The notes beneath the pieces were generated by a model. That model had not been told where the DNA came from, did not search any database, and saw nothing but the letters and a program-made list of their open reading frames with translations. Shown piece by piece: positions 33,487-39,892 of a stretch of 64,000 bases of DNA (within the stretch, counting starts at the first letter, position 1; each line of letters begins with the position of its first letter). A program made the position numbers and the translations under genes. This DNA is from an uncultured virus (IMG/VR IMGVR_UViG_3300028805_000102) (taxonomy: Duplodnaviria > Heunggongvirae > Uroviricota > Caudoviricetes): IMG/VR virus record IMGVR_UViG_3300028805_000102, one strand, 5' to 3'.

Positions 33487-33561
33487 GGGCCTTTAGCTCA
33501 ATTTGGTTAGAGCTTCCGTCTGATACGCGGAAGGTTCTTGGTTCAAGTCCAGGGAGGCCCA
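33487..33561 (+). tRNA. tRNA-Ile(GAT)
   Basis: TCCGT-CTGATAC-GCGGA. Confidence 0.92.
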
Positions 33562-33668
33562 CAAATGATTTCCAAGTTAGATTAAACTTGGTGGTGCAGG
33601 AAGCATCAGCCAACACAGGTGATGTAAAAAAATATGTGGATGCGCCTACTGCTAAGTGAGGATTTTTA

Positions 33669-33744
33669 GGGCCTGTAGCTCAGTATAGGTTAGAGCAACT
33701 GACTCATAATCAGGAGGTCACTGGTTCAAGCCCAGTCTGGCCCA
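33669..33744 (+). tRNA. tRNA(CAT), Ile2 (lysidine)-type or elongator Met
   Basis: GGGCCTG acceptor; CTGA-CTCATAA-TCAG. Confidence 0.85.
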
Positions 33745-34010
33745 CAATACCAAATTGCGTTGTGGTTATAAACAAACGCTGGCATAGACGAAACTTGCCA
33801 ATGTAACTATGTAGGTAGCTTCTGGAACGAGTGGTGATCGTAAACAGAGACAAGTTCATCATAAACTCGTAGTGAATAGTACAAAAGTTAGACGTAGGTG
33901 CGGAACGATTCTTTTCAGAAAATGCTAAGATTGAAAGACTTACCAGGTCAGTTGTTCTCTTTTAACCGCCCAGAACAAATAAAATGAAGAACATACGATG
34001 TTAGCTTTAT

Positions 34011-34091
34011 AGCGGAGTGTCAGTAGATGGTAGCTGGAAAGTCTCATAAACTTTTGCGAAAGCCTCGGAGGTTCGAGTCCTCCCTCCGCAA
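34011..34091 (+). tRNA. tRNA(CAT), initiator-like with a long variable arm
   Basis: A1:A72 mismatch; AAAGT-CTCATAA-ACTTT; variable hairpin GC-GAAA-GC. Confidence 0.75.
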
Positions 34092-34203
34092 CTACGAAAC
34101 ACGCTTGGTACCCTGCGTCCGGGGCTGGACGAGCCAAGTAATGAACAGGTAAGTCTCCACCTGAAGTAATTAGTGAGGTGATAAATGAGTAAAGGGAGGC
34201 GAT

Positions 34204-34319
34204 GGACTTGTCGTCTAATGGATAAGACACGGGGAATAGTCAAGACACGTGGTCTAATAAAGACACGAGGTCTAGTCTAAACTATAACCTTGGATTCAGG
34301 TTCGAGTCCTGCAAGTCCA
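34204..34319 (+). ncRNA. tRNA-like RNA with internal repeats/insertion in the anticodon region
   Basis: Perfect GGACTTG/CAAGTCC acceptor, D and T arms present; three AAGACACG copies inside. Confidence 0.6.
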
Positions 34320-34382
34320 CAAAAGTAATGGAGATCTTGAAGGATGGTACTCCACGTTAAATACTAAAAGACCTCCTATCAA

Positions 34383-34467
34383 GGCCGAATGGTGGAATGG
34401 TAGACACGTGAGACTTAAAATCTCAGGAACAGAAATGTTCGTGCAAGTTCGATTCTTGTTTTGGCCA
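34383..34467 (+). tRNA. tRNA-Leu(TAA)
   Basis: TGAGA-CTTAAAA-TCTCA; long variable arm. Confidence 0.92.
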
Positions 34468-34592
34468 CGTGAAATGGTGTAGTGTATGCTTTCCACCATT
34501 GGTCCTACGGGCAGATGGCTGGGGGTTCCTCATTATGCACCAACCTTTGAAGAGGTACCACTTCTGAAAGGAGGACAAAAGGAACCAAATTT

Positions 34593-34679
34593 GGAGAAAT
34601 AACCCTAACCTGGTAAGGGAACTGTTTGCTAAACAGTCAGTAGCCGAAAGGTGTGCAGGTTCAAATCCTGCTTTCTCCG
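34593..34679 (+). tRNA. tRNA-Ser(GCT)
   Basis: ACTGT-TTGCTAA-ACAGT; long variable arm; G73. Confidence 0.92.
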
Positions 34680-34904
34680 CAAATTACATCGTTGTAGTTT
34701 CTTCTACAACAGAGTACATTACTTATTAAGTCACAATATGTACATTCATCTTCAAAAATGTGCGAAGGTTTTGATTGTTCATCAATCTAAGTTGCTTCTA
34801 CAATAGACTGTTAAGAAGATGTGTGAGGGATTCTACAAAAAATCCCCGTTAAGTTTGGACAGCAGCTGATCAGGTCCTGACAAAGTGAGGTCGAAAAACT
34901 TTCT

Positions 34905-34978
34905 GGTGGCATAGCTCAGTTGGATAGAGCAACAGCCTTCTAAGCTGTGGGTCGGGAGTTCGAACCTCTCTGTCATCA
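34905..34978 (+). tRNA. tRNA-Arg(TCT)
   Basis: ACAGC-CTTCTAA-GCTGT. Confidence 0.92.
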
Positions 34979-35023
34979 CAACATTTTGAAAAAATTTCAA
35001 AAAAATGAAAATTTTTTATAGAA

Positions 35024-35057
35024 TTTGATACAACTTTAAAATATTATACTATATTTG
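35024..35057 (+). promoter_or_regulatory. promoter of the second tRNA operon (Bacteroidota-type TTTG ... TAnnTTTG)
   Basis: TTTG at 35024-27 and TATATTTG at 35050-57; member of the class-1 motif family. Confidence 0.75.
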
Positions 35058-35079
35058 CTATACATAAATGAACAAAACG

Positions 35080-35151
35080 ATGTTAGTAGTTTTTACACAT
35101 AAGACACAAAATAATTACCAACCCAAAGATTGGTCGGATATTTGTATCTAG
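35080..35151 (+). CDS. leader peptide MLVVFTHKTQNNYQPKDWSDICI of a putative tRNA-operon attenuator
   Basis: Short ORF just after the promoter (alternative in-frame ATG at 35068); codons mirror the downstream tRNA set; overlaps antiterminator strands. Confidence 0.75.
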   Translation: MLVVFTHKTQNNYQPKDWSDICI

Positions 35152-35180
35152 TGTCGGAGTGTATTAAAATATAAAAACCT

Positions 35181-35221
35181 AAAATCCCTCTCCGACAATC
35201 TTGGTGAGGGATTTTTATTTT
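35181..35221 (+). terminator. intrinsic terminator (attenuator) immediately before tRNA-Asn
   Basis: AAAATCCCTC-TCCGA-caatc-TTGGT-GAGGGATTTTTATTTT hairpin with a U-tract. Confidence 0.8.
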
Positions 35222-35295
35222 GGTGACATAGCTCAGTTGGTTAGAGCATCTGACTGTTAATCAGAGGGTCGAAGGTTCGAAGCCTTCTGTCACCG
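35222..35295 (+). tRNA. tRNA-Asn(GTT)
   Basis: TCTGA-CTGTTAA-TCAGA. Confidence 0.93.
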
Positions 35296-35300
35296 CAAAA

Positions 35301-35376
35301 CTAGGTATAGAGGAGCTAGGTTTATCTCGCCTGTCTTGGACTCAGGAGCACGCTGGTTCGAATCCAGCTACCTAGA
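35301..35376 (+). tRNA. tRNA-Pro(TGG)
   Basis: C1:G72, A73; loop CTTGGAC (A37 rather than the usual G37). Confidence 0.85.
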
Positions 35377-35383
35377 CAAATTT

Positions 35384-35471
35384 GGAAGTGTGTTCGAATT
35401 GGTAAGGAATCAGTCTTGAAAACTGACGGGTACATAAAATGGCCTTGTGGGTTCGAGTCCCTCCACTTCCG
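35384..35471 (+). tRNA. tRNA-Ser(TGA)
   Basis: TCAGT-CTTGAAA-ACTGA; long variable arm. Confidence 0.92.
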
Positions 35472-35476
35472 CTGAT

Positions 35477-35549
35477 TGTCCTTTCATACAATGGTTTAGT
35501 ATACCAGAATTTGGATCTGGTCATCTTGGTTCGAATCCAGGAAGGACAA
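35477..35549 (+). tRNA. tRNA-Gln(TTG)
   Basis: U1:A72; CCAGA-ATTTGGA-TCTGG. Confidence 0.88.
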
Positions 35550-35556
35550 CAAAATT

Positions 35557-35645
35557 GGGAGAGCGGTTACGATGGTGGAGTAACGCTGGACTGTAAATCC
35601 AGTACATTTAAAGAAACGTAGTAGGTTCGAATCCTACCTCTCCCA
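35557..35645 (+). tRNA. tRNA-Tyr(GTA)
   Basis: CTGGA-CTGTAAA-TCCAG; long variable arm. Confidence 0.92.
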
Positions 35646-35650
35646 CACAT

Positions 35651-35724
35651 GGTGTTAGTAGTTCAGTTGGTAGAACGCTGGTTTGTGGAGCCAGTAGTCA
35701 TTGGTTCGAATCCAATCTAACACA
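35651..35724 (+). tRNA. tRNA-His(GTG)
   Basis: G-1; CTGGT-TTGTGGA-GCCAG. Confidence 0.9.
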
Positions 35725-35733
35725 CAAAATAAA

Positions 35734-35851
35734 CTAGGTATAGAGAAATTGGTAAACTCACCCTGTATTGGAACAGGGAACACAAGGAATAGTTACTAGT
35801 GGAATACTTGTGGACAGTAATGTCTTGTTGGTTCGAGCCCAGCTACCTAGA
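35734..35851 (+). tRNA. aberrant tRNA-Pro-like RNA with 8-nt anticodon loop and ~45-nt variable insert
   Basis: Same CTAGGTA/TACCTAG acceptor as 35301; CCCTG-TATTGGAA-CAGGG; hairpins CACAAG/CTTGTG and GACA-GTAA-TGTC. Confidence 0.65.
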
Positions 35852-35856
35852 CTAAT

Positions 35857-35933
35857 GATTTCGTAGCTAAGTTGGTCTTTAGAGCATGACACTTTTAATG
35901 TCGGTGTCGAGAGTTCGAATCCAATCTGACACA
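35857..35933 (+). pseudogene. chimeric tRNA-Lys(TTT) with a His-type 3' end
   Basis: TGACA-CTTTTAA-TGTCG arm intact; the 3' part TTCGAATCCAATCTGACACACAAA nearly copies tRNA-His, so the T and acceptor stems do not pair. Confidence 0.75.
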
Positions 35934-35938
35934 CAAAT

Positions 35939-36012
35939 GCCTCTTTAGCTCAATTGGTGAGAGCAGCTGATTTGTAATCAGCAGGTTGTAGGTTCGAGTC
36001 CTACAAGAGGCT
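35939..36012 (+). tRNA. tRNA-Thr(TGT)
   Basis: GCTGA-TTTGTAA-TCAGC. Confidence 0.93.
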
Positions 36013-36017
36013 CATAT

Positions 36018-36091
36018 AGTGCTGTAGCTCAGTTGGTTAGAGTAATGGCCTGTCACGCCATGGGTCGCGGGTTCGAGTCCCGTCAGCACTG
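36018..36091 (+). tRNA. tRNA-Asp(GTC)
   Basis: ATGGC-CTGTCAC-GCCAT; G73. Confidence 0.93.
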
Positions 36092-36146
36092 CACCTTTTA
36101 TTATATCAGTCGAGAAATCGGCAAAAATCCAAAAATTTTTCAAAAT

Positions 36147-36190
36147 TTTGATCCAACTTATAAAAAGTTGTATTATATTTACCTCAACAA
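36147..36190 (+). promoter_or_regulatory. class-1 promoter motif
   Basis: TTTGATCCAACTTAT...TATATTTACCTCAACAAA. Confidence 0.75.
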
Positions 36191-36219
36191 ATTATTATTA
36201 ACATTTAAAATTAAATAAT

Positions 36220-36600
36220 ATGTATAAAGTTAATCCAATTGATTCTCAAAAAGGAGAATTCTACTATTGTTTCAAAATAACAGACAAAGTAGTGTTTCAA
36301 GTCAAAAATTACACAATAGGCAGTAACAAAGAAAATTATTTTGCTACTGAAGCCTGTTTATTTAATAATGATAAAACAGATTATAATGAATGTGGTCAAT
36401 GTCAAGAAAGACTATTACCTAAAGATTCATTAGCTTATAAATTTTACAAGAAGTGGGATTATAAGCAGACATTGCATTTATCCGATACTGAATTACAAAA
36501 TGTTAAAGAAGACGTTGAAAAATTGAAACAAGCGTATCCATATGTTGAAAGTATGACAACAGATTTATCTTTCGGAAAAGTAAAACAATTAGTTAAATAA
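36220..36600 (+). CDS. hypothetical protein
   Basis: 126-aa ORF (CGQCQ motif) after a class-1 promoter. Confidence 0.7.
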   Translation: MYKVNPIDSQKGEFYYCFKITDKVVFQVKNYTIGSNKENYFATEACLFNNDKTDYNECGQCQERLLPKDSLAYKFYKKWDYKQTLHLSDTELQNVKEDVEKLKQAYPYVESMTTDLSFGKVKQLVK

Positions 36601-36628
36601 ATAAATTAGTAAAATTATTTTAAGTAAA

Positions 36629-37042
36629 ATGACAAAATCAAAAGCTCTAAAAATTATTAAGAATCTACTTGATTCTGATGAAGACATGGAAACATTTGTA
36701 TTATTCAAATTTTATGATAAATACAAATATGATTTAGATGAAATCAAATCCCGGTCTGAAAAATCCAATCAAAATTTTTTCATATCTGACGAAAAATATA
36801 TTACATATCATTTCATATTGTCAGATTTGTACAAATTAATTCAGGAACAAGATAATCTCGGTATTAAAATTCTTGACGGACGAAATTGCATATTGGATGA
36901 AAATTCTGAACTAAAAGATATGACGGTTGAAGATGTGGTTCGTCAATGCTTGAAAAACCTGTCATTCTTTAAGTCACAAATTCCAATACCTGTAGAAGTG
37001 ACTTCATCAAAAGAATTATTCAATAATTATTCTCAAAAATGA
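36629..37042 (+). CDS. hypothetical protein, probable paralog of 63218 (MTKSKALK N-terminus)
   Basis: Shared N-terminus and C-terminal IP..V.S..EL. Confidence 0.7.
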   Translation: MTKSKALKIIKNLLDSDEDMETFVLFKFYDKYKYDLDEIKSRSEKSNQNFFISDEKYITYHFILSDLYKLIQEQDNLGIKILDGRNCILDENSELKDMTVEDVVRQCLKNLSFFKSQIPIPVEVTSSKELFNNYSQK

Positions 37043-37130
37043 AATTTTTCAAACATTTGTTGATAAAAATTTTTCAAACATTGTTAATTATTTGAAAATA
37101 AATAATTTATAAACTTAATTCTTTAAAGTC

Positions 37131-37499
37131 ATGTTAAAAAAATCATCTACAAAGAAAGTAGCAAGTAGCTCCAAGAAATCAACTACAGCTACAAAAGAGA
37201 CAGTTGCTAAACCTGCATCAAAATCAGTAAAAGCATCAAAATCAGTAAAAGCTCCTGTAAAAACAGCTAAAGCTCCTGTAAAGGCAACAAAAACTGCAAA
37301 AACATCTGTTAAAGCAGTTAAGGCTCCAGTTTCTAAACAAGCTCCTAAAATGGTAAAAGCTAAAACAGTTAAACCTGTAAAGGCTAAAACTCCTGTAAAG
37401 GCTGTAAAGGTTTCAAAAACAAAAACATCGCCTAAAAAATCTCCAAAACGTATTGGAAGAGTTTCAGTGCTTACAAAAATTATTCGGGCATTGAAATAA
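37131..37499 (+). CDS. Lys/Ala-rich histone H1-like basic protein
   Basis: Low-complexity K/A/P/V/T/S repeats (KAPVK, KSVK). Confidence 0.7.
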   Translation: MLKKSSTKKVASSSKKSTTATKETVAKPASKSVKASKSVKAPVKTAKAPVKATKTAKTSVKAVKAPVSKQAPKMVKAKTVKPVKAKTPVKAVKVSKTKTSPKKSPKRIGRVSVLTKIIRALK

Positions 37500-37517
37500 T
37501 TAAAACTACTTATTATT

Positions 37518-37551
37518 GTAAAGGCTCTGATATTTTCAGAGCCTTTACTTT
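37518..37551. terminator. bidirectional intrinsic terminator between convergent genes
   Basis: GTAAAGGCTCTGA-tattt-TCAGAGCCTTTAC perfect 13-bp inverted repeat. Confidence 0.85.
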
Positions 37552-39224
37552 TAATACACCTGAGGAGCTTTTTCAACATCCATTACATTATCAGCAAGTA
37601 AAAGCAGTTGTGAATCCTTTACTACATACTGTTCTATAAGCAACATCAAATCTTCTACCTTAACCATTTTATTCCAAATCCTCAAATTGGTAAGCTGTCC
37701 GTTAAATTTCTGAATGCTTACTGTCGCATCCTTCATTTCATATTGTGAAATATTGGCTGACTTAATTGACTTGAATACAAGAACATTATTCATAGCATTA
37801 AGTTTCTGTAGTTCATACAAACATACTTGCGACATCATGTTTCTCTGCATATATACCACAGCATACCAAGTATTTTCAGAAATATTTTGAAAACTGTTTG
37901 TTTTTCCATTTATTGAAGTCACTATTTTTGAATTGGATATTGACAGCTTAAATGTTTTTTCATTATTTGAAATTTTCAAAATATCTTTTGTATTCGTATC
38001 ACTTACTTTGAACAGCAAAGAAATCATTCTGTCATTTTCAATGCTTGAAAAATCTATCAGGTCATTGTATACAACGGAATCTTGATTTTTAGAATCTGTC
38101 AGGTCATAATGATTTCTTGATATTATAGCCATCTTATCACGTAAGTCATACTTTACAATCTTGACATATTTGTCAACCGATTTTCTTAAATCATCAAATG
38201 AATAAGGTGTTTGTACTGATACCTGTTCCTGTATCGTATGATTTGCTTTTTCCATTTCGATACCGGCACCGCCATCTTTTTCATATTCTTCTTCTATACC
38301 TGTAATTACATCCAATGTGTCTTCAAGCAGCGATTCTCCGTCATCAGTTTTGTCATACTGCCTTTCTGCACGTTTTTCAAATTGTTTTAATGATATAATC
38401 CAAAATGTCGATAGTTCTTCATGCTTCGTATCATCAATTACAGAATTTATCTCATACATATTATGAAACATTGTATTGACATAAATGTAGTCGCCAACAT
38501 CAGGATGGGACTTTGGTCCAAATATTTCCCTAAAATGTTTTTTAAGAATATGTACAGTAAACATTGTAGGATAATCCATCATTAAAGGATTAAAACTTAT
38601 ATCTGTAGACGGCAATGTTTGATTTGGAAACATAATCTTTACACACTTTTCTGAAACAACATTTATAAGACTGTATTCATTAAGTATGTAATCTGATGAT
38701 CTTTTATCAGGGCTTGTCTTGAAGTATTTTACATCGACACCCATTGAATTGTTGATTATGTCATTAAGCTCAGTAGTTATTTTAGATGCAGCTTTTACAG
38801 AATCATATGGTGAAAACGGTTTTGACTGAGAAGCATCATTTTCATTACCTTTTAATATGATTGAATTATCCTGACAAGCTCCGCTACAAACTCCAGTACT
38901 TGCAGCTCTTGCCTCTATTTTACTAAGTATGCAATTATCGTTACTGTCATTTGATTCCTTCATTTGAACAGTCTGAATTTCTACATTGAACTCCGTCTGT
39001 TCTGATTCCTCACTTTCGCTCTGCTCGTCAATTGCAAGACGTAAATAAAGTTTTCTATTTTTAGGGTATGCGAATTTTACCAAATTTTTATGGCTGACAG
39101 CAAGCCATTCAGACCAAAGTATTTCATCTTCTGATATAGAAAAATAAACTGTATTACTGTAATCAGTAATTATTTTATAGATACCGGCAACAGATTCAAA
39201 TGTTTGTTCAAAGACAATTTCCAT
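37551..39224 (-). CDS. virion neck/head-closure (T4 gp14-like) protein with a C-terminal LamG-like domain
   Basis: DVKYF...F.E.FG...PDVGDYIY...YEI motif; C-terminal WYAVV...GQLTNLRIWN. Confidence 0.55.
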   Translation of the reverse strand: MEIVFEQTFESVAGIYKIITDYSNTVYFSISEDEILWSEWLAVSHKNLVKFAYPKNRKLYLRLAIDEQSESEESEQTEFNVEIQTVQMKESNDSNDNCILSKIEARAASTGVCSGACQDNSIILKGNENDASQSKPFSPYDSVKAASKITTELNDIINNSMGVDVKYFKTSPDKRSSDYILNEYSLINVVSEKCVKIMFPNQTLPSTDISFNPLMMDYPTMFTVHILKKHFREIFGPKSHPDVGDYIYVNTMFHNMYEINSVIDDTKHEELSTFWIISLKQFEKRAERQYDKTDDGESLLEDTLDVITGIEEEYEKDGGAGIEMEKANHTIQEQVSVQTPYSFDDLRKSVDKYVKIVKYDLRDKMAIISRNHYDLTDSKNQDSVVYNDLIDFSSIENDRMISLLFKVSDTNTKDILKISNNEKTFKLSISNSKIVTSINGKTNSFQNISENTWYAVVYMQRNMMSQVCLYELQKLNAMNNVLVFKSIKSANISQYEMKDATVSIQKFNGQLTNLRIWNKMVKVEDLMLLIEQYVVKDSQLLLLADNVMDVEKAPQVY

Positions 39225-39337
39225 TAAGTTGTAAATTTAAGTTTATAACCTTTATTATTTATCGTTTCTATCAAACACAAAAAAATCCCTGATGAAGGTT
39301 TCACATAAATATAATATATAAATTAAACTTATTTGTA

Positions 39338-39892
39338 ATGTGTTCAAAGTCAAAAATATTAGTATTAGGAAAGTCTTACAGTCGTAAGGACGAATTATTA
39401 AAGGCATTGCTTGACCTTAAATTTTATCAAAAAGGTCTTATCAAAGTTTATACCGACAATCCTGACAAATGCAATGATATTTGTTATGAGGTATGTTCAC
39501 CTGAATTATTTGACAAACTTCATAAAAAGGATAAAATTAAAAAGGTATATTATGATGAAACAAATCACAGGTACGGTATTAAGGATTCTGAGATAAGGTA
39601 TGCAAAAATAATATCATGTCCTATTGAAATATACAATGACTATTCGGAAGAATTCAAAGATTATAAAACGGTATATGTTGAATCTGATGAAGAACAACAC
39701 CGTGAAAGAATAGCGATGATGGAAGACAATGACATCAAATCTTCTATAATTGACAAAATGAACACTGAGTCAGAACAATATGACCAAATTGATTCATATT
39801 ATGATATTGTTATAAAAAGCTCATCATTTTATATGAATCCTATACAGAATATTGTTTTTTATATACAGCGAATTTTAATGGAATATAATTAA
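39338..39892 (+). CDS. guanylate-kinase-like P-loop protein (degenerate P-loop)
   Basis: ILVLGKSYSRKD, YT, RYG, VYVES..R.R pattern. Confidence 0.45.
   Translation: MCSKSKILVLGKSYSRKDELLKALLDLKFYQKGLIKVYTDNPDKCNDICYEVCSPELFDKLHKKDKIKKVYYDETNHRYGIKDSEIRYAKIISCPIEIYNDYSEEFKDYKTVYVESDEEQHRERIAMMEDNDIKSSIIDKMNTESEQYDQIDSYYDIVIKSSSFYMNPIQNIVFYIQRILMEYN

Noticed and set aside
34685..34850. CRISPR array or Cas12a/Cas13b-like repeat (GTTGTAG...CTACAAC)
   Set aside because: Only 8-10 nt recur, spacing is irregular, there is no full-length repeat, and no cas gene other than the IS tnpB.
34850..34900. Hammerhead ribozyme (CTGATCA...GAAA)
   Set aside because: The core is CTGATCA rather than CTGANGA, and the required stems could not be built.
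35060..35221. T-box riboswitch as the explanation for the leader
   Set aside because: No T-box sequence (AAGGTGGNACC-like) or stem I motifs; the ORF-plus-alternative-hairpin layout fits ribosome-mediated attenuation better.
31587..36218. ORF-track ORFs across the RNA island (e.g. 31646, 33063, 33396, 33940, 35439, 36033)
   Set aside because: They overlap clear tRNA/tmRNA genes and are by-products of higher GC.
37115..37579. Minus-strand 154-aa hydrophobic ORF and other antisense ORFs (e.g. 4443-5090)
   Set aside because: Antisense shadows of better-supported plus-strand genes.
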